DNA from: the human T2T-CHM13v2.0 reference genome, Homo sapiens
Assembly: GCF_009914755.1 (NCBI RefSeq)
Contig: NC_060935.1
Reading direction: 5' to 3' (one strand)
DNA: 64,000 nucleotides
The position numbers and the translations under genes are program-made. The notes under the pieces are model-generated. The model ran no database searches, had not been told where the DNA came from, and worked only from the letters and a program-made list of their open reading frames with translations. Below are positions 43,347-56,529 of the stretch, piece after piece (position 1 is the first letter of the stretch; every line of letters starts with the position of its first letter).

Positions 43347-43830
43347 TGTTAAACACAAGCAATCTCACAAATCATCAGCCTCAGACCAGGCCACTCAGAT
43401 CATGATGGATTGGGATAAAACAAGGCCACTCTGTAATCATGTCTGAACACCAACAAAACACAAACATTGTCCAAGCCACAAAATGGCCGAATATCCCCCC
43501 ATCCTGATGAGTGTCTGCTGTTTCTTTCCCCAGAACAGCTTTAGTCTCATGTCAGTCTTCTCACCTAGATAATAAGAATTATCAACATATTTGATCATAG
43601 AATCATCACTACTCCCTAACAGCCCCTAATCCAGAGCAAAGCATTGCTTCCTTAAGCCTCCCCCGCCGCATCACCTGAAACATGCCCAGATCCTATGCAA
43701 GTCCTTTCCAAAACCCTCTCAGTGAGACGCCCCATGATTGTTTATGGTGCAGTTCTCCATAGCTGCAAAAAGTCCAACTTGCTCAAATACAGGGTACTAC
43801 TGGTGCTTTCTGACTGGAGGGCACTGACCA
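43347..43830 (+). mobile_element. Probable old ERVL-type solo LTR, family uncertain
   Basis: About 480 bp with TG..CA-like ends and LTR-like text (aaacaaggccactctgtaatcatg, cccctaatccagagcaaag). Recognised only loosely. Confidence 0.4.
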
Positions 43831-44334
43831 CTGAAGACCCTAAGAGCACAGGAAATAAGTGTAACTATAACACAACAAAACCACTTTACAAGCCCACTGG
43901 TGAGAACCAATTCCATTCCGTGGCTTCCACAAGTCTTACATGCCTATGTGCAATTGGTACATATGTTTGTTTCTGTATGAAGAAGTGAAGAATCAAGGAT
44001 ATAGCCAAGTTAAATAGAAAAAGCCATTAAAATGAGTTAAAAATTTCAAGTTCGGCTTTTGAATTCTATCTAGCTAACTTGTTTCCCAAAGCCATTGGTT
44101 ATCCTAAGATAACTATACTCTGACCACAAAAACCTATACCTCTTCTTGGCACCTTGATTGGGTCCCAGTGGGAAGCGCTGGAAGCTGTGATGTCCCCACC
44201 ACTGGGAGCTAGTGAAGCCTGAACCCGGGCAGGGTGTTTGTGAGGTCTTACCAGTCTTTGGTGGCAGCCCACATTTGCTGTAGTCAGAAATCAATGCTTT
44301 GGAAGGTGAATGCTTATCCTGTATGTATTTTCTT

Positions 44335-44982
<648 letters not shown>

Positions 44983-45498
44983 TCTGTATTTCCAATATTG
45001 TTTCCTGTTGTTCTTCATAATAGTTTCTTAAGATATTTCAGAAATGCTAGCATGTCTCAGCTGTATGAAGAAAGACCAAAAGAAGCACTTGATCCCTGCC
45101 CTGTTCAGAGTTTTAAAGAGAGAGCAGCACATCCTCAGGGGCTGTGAGGAACAGTGACAAGGAGCTGGAGCACCCTAGGGGACAGGAGAAACTCACTGCC
45201 ACACAATGGGAGCTACTTGGCTATACTAGAGATTTTCTAAGAATTTTTCTCTTCTAAAATTCAGAGTACTGCACTTTAAGGGAAAGTGTTGCTTTATTGG
45301 ATATAAGTGGATTGAGCCAGGGTTGAGAAGGTAAACCAAGGTAAAAATGGAAGTGCAAGGCACAGATGAATGAAGAAAAAGGCTGGGGCTGATAACAGTC
45401 TCCAGAGAGTGTGGAATGGCCATTAAGGCGGCCAGAATGGGCTTCTGTAGTCTGCTGCCCGTTGCTGGAGACACACGCTGCGGCAGTCTCAGTGAACA

Positions 45499-45513
45499 GC
45501 GCCCCCTGGAGCA
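45499..45513 (-). promoter_or_regulatory. CTCF-like motif
   Basis: The minus strand reads TGCTCCAGGGGGCGC, 12/14 to the core consensus, in a locally CpG-retaining patch. Confidence 0.55.
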
Positions 45514-47211
45514 CGATGCCAGCGGTGCCCCTCTGGAGTAGTGGCATTCTGGGCCCCCAAAGGCCTGTAGTGTCATCCGAGGCACGGATACAAAATCTCT
45601 TAAAGGTGTTGTTGGATTTAAACTCATGGTAACTCTAGGAGGCTGGGAACTGAGGCTCAGAGAAGTTAAGCAACTTATCCAAGGTCACAAAGCAGAAAGC
45701 CCAAAGAGCAAAGATTAGAAGAATCTAGATCTTCCCAACTGACAAGTCTTTGCTTTTAAGCCCTAAAGCATATGTAACACAGTTGGTAAACAATGTAGAG
45801 GGAAAGTAAATATTTATTCAGCATCAACTTACTCTGCGCCAGGAATGGTTTTCTATACATTTCCTTGCTTTGTGTGAGTGATCACATGAGAGGGTGAGAG
45901 CTAGCAAGGGTCCAAACCTTTTTAGATAGTGAGCATAAAAGGATCAGGAGGGGACAGTTTTCTGGGGTTTTGCAGCATCTACAAAAGCACTACAAGAGGA
46001 GGAAGGAGAGAGCTCGATGGAGAGGGCAGCAGGTACCCTGGGTTGGATCTGAGGGTGTGTGTTGGAGGAGAAGACCATAGGCCCTGATGTCATGAGAGGG
46101 GCCTGGCAGAGCCAGGCAGAGTTTAGAAATGGTTATGATATCAACAGAATTAAGAAGCAGCCATGAGAGCAGCTGAAGATACACTGTCCAGCATCATACT
46201 TTTTTTTGGAAGCTTCTGTGGATTGTCCTGGCATAAGCAAACGGCCTGAGGTTGTGGGAGTGACATTTTACACTTAGGGACATCTGTAGGCCTCTACAGG
46301 GTGTTGTTACTTCTTCTATAGGCAGAAGTTTGGTGTGATGACAATGGCTCCTGTGGGAAGAGGAGGCAACACCTCCAACCCCTCCTGCCCGCCCGCCAAC
46401 CCACCACCTGGTGGATAAGGCAAACCTGCCAGTGACGATGAGCCAGCCCCATACACTCACTGCTCTAGCAGAGGGCAAAGCTCTTGACCTTGGAGTCAGT
46501 ACTGAGGTCATGTCCAGGAAGCAGACTGGGAATACAAAGGCAAAAAAGGACACATCGGAGGGCCCCCCCGCCTCCAACCATAGAGGCTGGAGCAGGTCGT
46601 TTAACCTCTCTGGGCCTACATCACCTGCTATTTCCTCGGCTGGAAACCCTTGGAGCTCTACTCTCCCCCACGCCACACCCACCCCCTTGCCAACTTCTTG
46701 ACCTCAAGTTAAATGTCATTTCTCAGAAAGACATTTAAATGTCAGTTTCTCAAAGAAGGAAGAAGATCCCCCTCCCCATTTAAATCAAGTTTCCTCTCCT
46801 TGCAAAATTTGACTGTATGCTTTCCTTTCATTTGTGGTATGAACAGTAATTTTAACTGATACATTTACTTTTGTGCTGTCTCCTCCACTGCCATGTCCCC
46901 AGTCCCTGCCTACCCCAGCACCAGGCAGAGAACAGAGGCTCAACAGGTATCTGTCAAGGAAATAAACAGATATAGGAAGGTGTAAATGACTCAAAGTGCT
47001 TGATTTTTGAAAGGGGCTGTGGAGAGAGCAATGCCAGCCTAACACCACTCTCTGATGCTGGTGGTGGGACTCAGTACTTGCAGAACCTGCAAGGGCAAAT
47101 GACTAGGTCCCACAGCCTTTGCTTAAGAGGCTCTGCATAACCAAATGCTTACCTAGCTTTCTTGTAGCCTGGGGTGTCCAATAGTTGCTTATTGAAAATC
47201 AAGCCACTCAC

Positions 47212-47381
47212 CTCTGTCAGAAGAGGTTCAGGAGATGATTTTCAAAACTTCATGTATAAGTAGATCTTGGGGTGACCAGCAAGAGCTGCTTGGTTTGGGA
47301 TTCCACCTGTGGGGCTCAGAACTTGTCACACTGTCTTTGTCAGGGCCCAGGATGGGGATGAAGGCACAGTAGAGAAGAAAC
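47212..47381 (-). other. KCNJ1: KCNJ1 alternative non-coding 5' UTR exon (170 nt)
   Basis: Minus-strand acceptor tgttgtattttaccag|G at 47381 and strong donor GAG|gtgagt at 47212. The size agrees with my recollection of a 170-nt UTR exon in KCNJ1 transcripts. Confidence 0.75.
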
Positions 47382-49694
47382 CTGGTAAAATACAACACAT
47401 ATGGCTACTGTCTGGAGACAGAGGACAGGCCCACACAGAAGCCAGGGTGAAACTTCAGTTAGTTTGGACCAGGAACACACAGGACCCTCCACATCAGCAA
47501 AGGTAGAAAGGTCAGCTTGGGCTCCAGTGGACTCAACTTTAACCCAAGTTCTCAAACCTCTACCACACACTGAGGCCACATCTCCCTAACTAGCCCATTC
47601 TAGTTTCTAGTGAATTTAGGATTGAAAAGTAAATTAACACAATGATCCACAGTCTTTCCTGTTCTCATGGTCTGTTTATTCTTATTACTATTAAAAAGAA
47701 CACCACTGCCTTGAAAATATCATTGTACACATCTAGATATATAATTCCATATTGAAATCACTGTATACTCTCAAAAGATGTATGTAGACAGAAATTGTGT
47801 ATGGTGAATCATATTACATATGCATTAGGATATTAGATATTTATAGGAATCCTATAGTGGATTATTTTATAAAGTGAAGAATAATTTTTGCAAATCAAAT
47901 AATCATTCTTCCACTTGTTTATCCTGTGTGTGTGTTGAGGAGGAGATGGTTGTTCTAAAAACCGGATAAATCTGTAATGAAACTGTTCTTAAGTCTCATA
48001 TTCAGCCACCCACCTCAAATGGCACTGGAGTTTAATGAAGGAATTCCAGTGTTTATTAAAAAGTTGTAGCTATTATGTGTGCAGAGATCTGTTATTAGTC
48101 TGACCCTTCTAGTTCTGTGTGGTTTGGGTTGGTATTAAATCAACTCAGTCTTTCCAGACCAGAAAGGAATGGATTCCATGTGGACGGGAGGCCTGAACAT
48201 GCTTTACCGAGCGTCTGCAACAAGAATGTACACTTTGTTTTAAAGAAAACATATAGGATGCCCAACCTTGACAATTTATAAAATGGAAAAAATTCAACTA
48301 ATGTCTTCAGTATGGACACTCGGAGACTAGTATTCATTATGTTGCATGAGGCAAAGAAGGCTGGTGTAGCCCAGCTTCCACAGACACACAAGATCTAAGG
48401 CACAGAGCACCACGTGCTTGGGTTTGGAGAGGGATTTGGATGCCTTCTAGGCCCACACCTTAGCGTGTTTGAAGTTTCTCTGTCCCAGTCCCAACAAGTG
48501 GCCTATGGGGTAAGATTTAAGAAGTGGGTTTCCAGTGTTTGAATCTGAAATCAGTCACTTACTAGCTCTAACATTGGGTATTCAGTGTGTCAATTTCCTC
48601 ATCTGAAAAATGGGGGCTTTTATATCTATCTTACAGATGGATGGAAAGAGCTTAGACCACACTTGGACATAGAACGTGATCAAGCTGTTAATACCTTGAG
48701 TCATACTACGTGCAACTCCAGTTTCTCCTTCAAGCTCCTGCCATGCATTGAATGAAAGGAGGCAATCTTGTCCCTATCTGTGAGGCCTTTAATCCTGGGC
48801 TGCTCTTGCTACTGTGCAGGCTGCAATAGCATCCTGCTTCTCAGAAAGGAGGTGAGAAGAGCCAGGCTCTAGGGGATTAGTGGAAGAGCCAGCATTTCTG
48901 TTGACTCCGTTGCTATGCCCACGGGTATCATTGACCCTCAAAGGGTCAATGATTACCAGTTTCGGCTTGGGTTCTGCCAAGCCATCAGAGTTACATTAAT
49001 GGAGCGGCACGTCATATCACCCACCCTCCCATGTTCAAGTGCTTTCTGGGAAAGCCCTGGAGCCAGAGGGAGCAGAGCCAGCAGCTTCGGTGACCCTTTG
49101 TTCCATGCCATAGAGCTGCCCTTCAGCAAATGCTGGAGTCTTCTCACTGGGGCTCTTCTTGCTGGCATTTAGCATGCCCCCATCCTCATTACCGGGCACA
49201 GCCCACCCAGGAGCCCTCTCAGAACAGGACACTGCCCGGGAGACTTCCCAGCTGCGTCCTCCAGCAAATGTCTTGAACTGCTCTTGACCAATCCTCGTGT
49301 CTGCCTCTGAAACAAGGAAGACAAGCAGGAAGGGGGGCATCCCCCTAGACCTTAGAGCCATGCCAAGGCAGGCAAGCTCAGGGCCCTCACTGAGACCGAC
49401 CTCTCAGGAGAGGCCGGTGGTACCTACAAAAGGCCTGCTGACGCACTTTCTCTCATTCCTTTCCTTGTTTCTTTTCACTCAGTGGTGTGTATAATGACCT
49501 GGAAAAGGTAAAATTAAATTCCACTTTATTTCCACTTATTTGCCATTCTATCAAAATCAAGCCAAATCAAAAGAAGCGTTTCAGTCTCAAAGACGTTCCT
49601 TAACCTCTCTGAGCTGCACTTTTCCATACTATATTGATGATTCTAGTGCCTTTGTTGTTATGAGGATTCAGTGAGAAATACACATATCCACGTA

Positions 49695-50170
49695 AAATGA
49701 GTATGTGAATAGCAGGATTATTCATAATAGCCAAAGAGTGGAAGCTTTTGAAACAGTTGATGTCCATCAGCTGATGAATCAATAAATAAAATGTGACATA
49801 TCCATACAGTGGAATATTATTCAGCTCTAAAAAGGAATAAAGTACTGGTAGATACTACAACATGGATGGACCTGGAAAACATTTGGCCAGTGAAAGAGGC
49901 CAGAGATTGTATGATTCCATGTAGATGAGATGTTAGAATAGGCAAATCTACAGAGAAAGAGAGTTAGACTGGTGGCTGCCAGGGGCTGGGGAAGAGGCGG
50001 ATGGGGAGTGACTGCTAATGGGCACCAGGTTCTTTTGGGGGTGATGAAAATGTTCCGGTATTGATTGTAATGATGGCTGTGCAACTCTGTGAATACACTG
50101 AAAACCACCTCTTACACACTTCAAATTAGTGGGTTTTATTTTATGAGAATTATATTGCAATAAAGCTGGG
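49695..50170 (+). mobile_element. L1MB-type 3' end fragment
   Basis: attattcataatagccaaagagtggaa...ggaatattattcagc...acaacatggatggacctggaaaacat...tatattgcaataaagctg. Confidence 0.8.
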
Positions 50171-53100
50171 ATAGAAAAAACACACATGTAAAGTGCCTGT
50201 CACACAGTACAGTCGCGACCGACTTCCCCTCAACTCTCAACCCACTTCCCCATGCCTTTGGGCCCTTGTTGGAACCTCGGCTGAACTCAGCACCTGCCTT
50301 CTCTAGCAAGTGGTTACTGTGCTCCTGAAGGCACCACCATCAGAATGATTTTCTCTGCCACAAGAGCTTGGAGTACGGAAAGTATTATTCTGCTCACCCT
50401 CACTGCTAAACAGAACCTCTGCTAGTGTGGGAGATGTCTCTTCTCCCAGGGTCTGCAGGAGAAGCTCTTCCCTGCTGCTGCCCAGGTGTGTTTGGGTGAA
50501 GCAGTCCAGGCTGGGCCGTGGGCCCTCATACCCACCCACCCACCCATCCACCTGCACCTGGGCTCTGCAGGTCTGAGAACGGTGTTTGGTTACGATCCTG
50601 GGTTGGCAGCTCCAGGGTGAAGTCCCTCACACCTCCCAGTGCCAGAGGGCAGGTCTGTGGGATGGGAGGAAACTCACAGGGTCCCTCCTACTGCACCAGC
50701 CAAGCAAGAGCTCCTTCTCTCGGCTCTCCTGGGAGCTCGGTTTCTTTTCTCCCTCTTTCTCCTTCTTTCAGCACATCTTTTGTTTGAATGTTTTTGAGCA
50801 TTTTATTCCTTGCCCATAGCCCTTGTTGTATTCCTGGAGTCAGCAGCGCGGATGTTCCAATTCCCATTTGAGCCAGCCCCTCCAGAGACTCAGCATGACC
50901 TCGCAGACAAGCCAGAGGCCCACGGGCCCATTCAAAACCCCGCCTTGCCCCACATTTCCCCCGTGCCACTACTTACCTCTGCTCCCCACCCCACACCACA
51001 TACACCAAGGAGAGAGAAGGATGGAACGTGACTGGGATGGGGACCTTGCTGCTTTCTTGGGTGACAACAGGGCACAGAGTTGTGTTGAGTCTACATTCAA
51101 GGACTCACGGGAGAATGACAGAAACCTCCCACTGTGCATGTCCAGAGGCTGGGCCCTTTCTCAAAGGCAGGGCTGGATGTTCCTTGCGTACTTCCTGAAT
51201 AAGGGCCACTATCAAGAGCTACAAAGAATGTCCCCAACCACCACCTCTCAACATCCTAATCTGGATTAGCACAAATCGTAATGATCTGTTTGATGACACA
51301 CCTGCAGGGCCAAACCTAGATCTTCTTAAGTATCATAGATGCACGATGGGTTTGGGGAAAGAAACTGAAGCCCCTGGTGTGCTATGAGTACTAACTCCTA
51401 TGAAAAGAAACAAGGTGGTCTAGCTGGAGCGCACGTGCAGGCTCCCCACTGAGTCTCTGGCCTTGAAACACGTATCTGGAGTCAGGCTTGAATTCCAGCT
51501 CTGCAGCTTACTGGTGCATGACCCAGCAGCTCACCTGGGGATTTTACAGAGCTAATTTCTCAATGTAATCGATTAAGCCTGGAAAACAAACAAAAAATAG
51601 TTGCTAAGAAACGTAAGGAGCAGTAAAAACCCTGGAGCTCATTGTGAGCTGTTTACGGTTTTTCTTTCCTTTTCTTTTCTTTTTTGTTGTTTTGGACATA
51701 CTGTCTTCCTGATTCACTTTTCTTACCCTCCCACATTTCCAATAATTGTACCCATTTTCAGTGATGGGTTTATTCTTTTTCCCCAACATCATTTGAGTCC
51801 TGACCTTTCCCACCTTGCCAAGGTCCCCTGAGCTTCACTGGAGCAGATGGAGAAAAGAGGATAGAAGGAAGCCCTCTAGGAATTGTGATGAGATTGACAA
51901 CTGGGCTTAGTACTAACCAAAATGCTGGCTCCCTGGCACCCAGAGGGTGTGAGGTCCAAGCTGTGATCAGCATTAAGATTGAAGACATTATTGCAAAGAG
52001 GCAGCAAATGAGGTTGGCAAAGCAAAGATGGGGCTCCACAGGTGCCTTGAAAATAGTGAGGGGATAGGCTATAAGGCGGTGTAGAGCTGGGCTTAAACGT
52101 CACCTCTTCCACTTGTTATCAGAGTGAGTTATTTGGCTTCTCTAAACCTGAACGTTCTCCTCCATGAACATGGAAATAAGGAAATCTGTTTCCCAATGCT
52201 GAGATAGGATTAAGTGTGGGAAGGCCCAGTAGAGGATCTGGTATGGGGAAAGCCACAATAAATGCCAGGCTCCTTCCTTGTTTAGCAGGGCTGAGGGGCT
52301 CTGATGAAGAGATCAGGACTGGGACAGCCAAAGGCTGAGTTGGCACTTGGGGAAATCAGTTTTAACTCCCAGGTCTGGATTTGGGCAGGCAGCTCTCACC
52401 TGCCAGACCCAAGGACGGTACCACTGTGCCTGTGTGAGCTGCAGAGGAAATGCAGGAAGGATGCATAGTCCTGCTCGGGGCTCTTGCCAGGTCTTGGGAA
52501 GTCTTCTTTCTCCCTCCCCTCATCCCCTCCTGGAGCCTCTTAAAGAAGGTTCTCCCACCAGAACTTCCGGGCGGGAAAAGACAGCAGGCTCTGAGCTGCT
52601 TTCAAGGGGCCTGTCAGAAGCATCTTTGTGTACATGAGGCCCAGAGGGAGAAGACTGTTTATCCGGCTGCTAGGGACAAATTAATGAAGTGGTGAAAGGC
52701 TGTGGATCAGAGAGAAAAAGATTGCCCATGGAATGATGAGATTAGGTTAGACGAGAAGGATGCAATTGTGCCAGACCAACTGAATTTCCTCTGAGGTTAG
52801 CACGACCAGCCTTCCAGACCCGGAGGCAACCAGGGCACAGGGCTTGGTGATGGATGCCTGGCGTGATCCTTTCTCTGGAAGCTCTTGGCCAGGGTTGCAG
52901 GTACCATGGCCACCAGGCTGGGGTGAGAGGTGCATGTGCACCCTCAGAGTGCAGGGCAGAGAGAGGACCGCAGAAGAGGGAGCAGGGGAGGGGCAGCTCC
53001 ACATGTGATGTACGCTGGGACAGCACATCTGGGCATAGGCATCTTGGACTGAAATTCCTACTCTAAAAAAATGTCCTAGCACCATCTTCTTTTCCTTCTT

Positions 53101-54577
53101 AGCACTGAATACAACTGATTTCATGTTGGTTTTGTTCAATTCAGATCATCCTCAGCCCTGTCAATGGCACACCCACCCCCGAGTCAAGCAAAACCTTGAT
53201 TCACCCTTAATTCTTTTCTTCCTCTCACCTCACACGCAATCCATCAGCAAATCTTGTCTGCTCTTTCTACACAATATAGTCAGGACCTGTCTGTCCTCTT
53301 CTCTTCATCTCCTCTGCTTGCCAGGCCACCATAATTCCTTGGTTGGGCTACAAAACTCGCCTGCTCCTTGATCTGTCCACCGCCTCTTTCTCCTCATAAT
53401 AGAGTCCACACCGTCAGAGTGAGGAAGGAGTCCTGAAAATCGGATCATGCTGCTGCCTTGCTGAGACCTTTCTCAGCTTCCCCCTGTTCTGATGACCTCA
53501 AGGCCCCATATAGCCAGGACTCTGCCACACTCCACAGCCCAAAGTCATCCCCTCTGTCACCTAGCTCACTATGTTCCCACCCCCTCTGCTCTGCAATGTG
53601 CGGCGCAGCTCCTGCCCTGGGCTTCGGCACCTGCTGCTTCCTCCTTCAGGGCTGCTCCGCTCTAGGCCTTCCCATGTCTGGCTGCTCCATGTCGCTAGGG
53701 ACCTAGCTCCATCACCACCTTCTTCGAGAGCCTTTTAGCATCCAATCTAAGGTAGCACCCACTGCTCCAGTGGGAACTCCATCCTGTCTTGGCTTCTTTC
53801 CATCTCTTATCAAGAGTGGCTGTCAGGTTGGTTGTTTATTTCCCTGCTGGTGATGCATTCACTTATTGTCGATCTCCCCTCTACAGAACACACCCTCCAG
53901 GACAGCAGCCCGTCTTGCCTTCCTCTGAATACCCAGCATGTGGACCCACAGTAGAGACTCTAAAAATCTTTCTTGACCAAGGTCAGTGCCCTCCCCTGGG
54001 CTGGGAGTGCCACAAGTGCAGGGACCTGTCAGCTGCATCCCTATGTTATACCCAACACTGCTCACTGGGCCTCAGGGCTCTCTCCAAATAGAGAAGGCCA
54101 GGGGAGAGAGAAGCTATTTTTTTCTCTAAGTTGTAGCTGAGCTAGTTTTTCACTTGCTCACTGAACTAATGACCAAGCAAACATCCAGGGATGGTGTGGA
54201 CACTGCACATGGTGGATTCATAAGTGCCAATGCTGACAGGTGGCAAGGACGAGTGCCTGTGCAATGGCTCAGGATGCACCTGGGAGCATTGTCCCCATCT
54301 TGTCTTTTTAAGTTAAGCTTAGATTTTCTACAGTGAGTAATAGCACATAGATCTCATGTATTTTGAACTCAATATTGTGCCTGAAAACATACATAAAAAT
54401 GTGTTTCTGGGTATTTATTTACATTTTTAAAAACTACCTAATTTTAGCATTTATTGGCTTAATAAAGGGTTTAAAAGTTTTAAAAAGTGCAAGAGCAGCT
54501 AAACCCTGTGCAAGAGCTTGGAGAAACTGAAGAAAATGTAGATAAAATAGAGTGGGCAAAGGGAATGCGAGAAGCTC

Positions 54578-54697
54578 CACGATGGCGAGAGATGGGGAGG
54601 GATGGGGCAGGATGGGGAGGGATGGTGAGGGAAGGCGAGGGTTGGGGAGGGATGGCGAGGGATGGCGAGGGATGGGGAGGGATGAGAAGGGATGCGG
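54578..54697 (+). repeat. 10-bp-period purine-rich minisatellite (GGGATGGGGA / GGGATGGCGA)
   Basis: About 12 imperfect units visible directly. Confidence 0.9.
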
Positions 54698-55758
54698 AGG
54701 CAAAGAACACTGGCAAGTAAGAGCAGCTAAGAATGAAGAGACAAGGAAATGCATGCTACAGACCAAGCAGAAGTGCCCAGAGAAAAACATCCACTCCTTA
54801 AGGAGGTTCGCAACACAGCAGTGAGCCCTACCATGAAAAACAGGCAAGAACAGTTAAATGTCAACTCTGCACCACCATATTTGATTGACGATTAACAACT
54901 GTTCAAATGGCACGTGTCTCCGTGGCAACAGCTAGGGTTTGTTGAAGGAGTGAATGGAGGAATGAATGAAAAATGGGAAGGGCACATACTTTTCAGAGTT
55001 ATTTGAAGGTGAGGGAAGACAAGATGTATAAAAGAGACTGGCCAATAATAAATGTTCCATAAAGTTTTCTTGAAACTAGTTCAGTTGGGGTAATTTTCCT
55101 TCTCATCCATGGACCAGAAATCACTGACATTAACAGATCTCACTGTGTTCCAGGCGGTCTCCAGGGGTAAACTCAGTAGTTTACGGAGCGTCTATGTCAC
55201 TCTGTGACGTAGACAGCATTACTATTCCCAGTGTCTAAAGGAGGAGATCAAACACCAGAGAGGCTAAGTGATTGATCCAAGTTCACAGAGCTAGAAGGTT
55301 AGAATTTAGTCTACTATAGGACTCAGTTGGTAGCTATATGTCTACCTTGGGTTTAATTATTGGAAGAAACTCATTAAAACTCATCCTTTCCCATGTGACT
55401 TTGGCACAGACCTGAAAGGTGGTAGTGTATTTGCTACCAGACCCCCATGCCACCAGGCAGGTCACCCCTCTTATGTGATTGAAGGCACATAAGGGGTTGA
55501 TTTCACTCTACAGGATTGGGGTTAAATGGTTAGTCCCTTCTAGGCATGGAATTCCCACAGGGGAAAAGGAACAGACACTTGTTGAATCTCTGTCACATAC
55601 CAGCAACTGTGGTAGGGGCTTGGCAGAAATTATTTCATTCAATCTCACAGCGACCCCATGAAGTAGGTCTAATTTTCTCTGTTTGACAAGGAAGGGAACT
55701 GAGGTTTAGAGAATTTTAAAAACTCATATGAGGCAGAACTGGGGTAGGAACGCAGCTC

Positions 55759-56037
55759 TTTTTGAGACAGGGTCTTGCTCTGTTGCCCAGGCTGGAGTGC
55801 AGTGGCACAATCATAGCTCACTGCAGCCTCTACCTCCCATCTCATGGGATCCTCCCGCCTCAGCCTCCCAAGTAGCTGGGACCACAGGCAAGTGCCCCAC
55901 TCCGGGCTAGTGTATTGATTGTAGAGATGAGGTCTCACTAGGTTACCCAGGCTGGCCTTGAACTCCTGGCCTCCAGCAATTCTCCTGCCTCAGCCTCCCA
56001 AAGTGCTGGGATTACAGCCCCGAGCCACCGCTCCCGG
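55759..56037 (-). mobile_element. AluJ element
   Basis: tttgagacagggtcttgctctgttgcccaggctggagtgcagtggcacaatcatagctcactgcagcctc...ccaaagtgctgggattacag. Confidence 0.9.
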
Positions 56038-56514
56038 ACAGAACCCAGATCTTAACCTGATGTCTCCACGCCAAGTTCCCTAAAGATCTGGCCCAGAAGA
56101 TGAGTGAATTCCTATGTCTAAGGCAGGAGGGAAAAGGAAGGAAGGTCTGGGGGAAAGGCTGGCCCTCCCTCCTCACCTCCCTTCCCTGCGTGCCCTCTCC
56201 TGGCTAGCCCTCCCGTCTGCGTCTCTCAGGGCATCTGTAGTGGGAGCCGCCTGTGCTGGGCACTGGGGTACGGCCTTCTCAAGACCCAGGGAAGTGGGGG
56301 AGCTGGGCAGGAAATTAAAAGGAGCCAAATAAACAGAGTAATTATAGATTGTGATAAGGACTTAGAAAGAAACAGTAACTAGAAGTGACCTTGAAAAGTA
56401 CCCGTAAGTAGGCACTGGTGCTGCAGACGGCGGGCAGCAAAGCGCAGGCGGGAGAGGAGGCGCGGCAAGGCCCACACTCGCCTCCGCCGGGCCTCCCGCT
56501 TACCAGCAGCAGCA

Positions 56515-56529
56515 GCGCCCCCTGGCGCC
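56515..56529 (-). promoter_or_regulatory. CTCF motif within a small CpG-rich patch (about 56420-56630)
   Basis: The minus strand reads GGCGCCAGGGGGCGC, a close match to the core, with many intact CpGs nearby. Confidence 0.65.

Noticed and set aside
45523-45540. Second CTCF-like sequence beside the 45499 motif
   Set aside because: An extra G breaks the core spacing; the match is too weak to call.
54434-54847. Repetitive ORFs (MARDGEGWG..., PSPSLP...)
   Set aside because: Translations of the 10-bp minisatellite.
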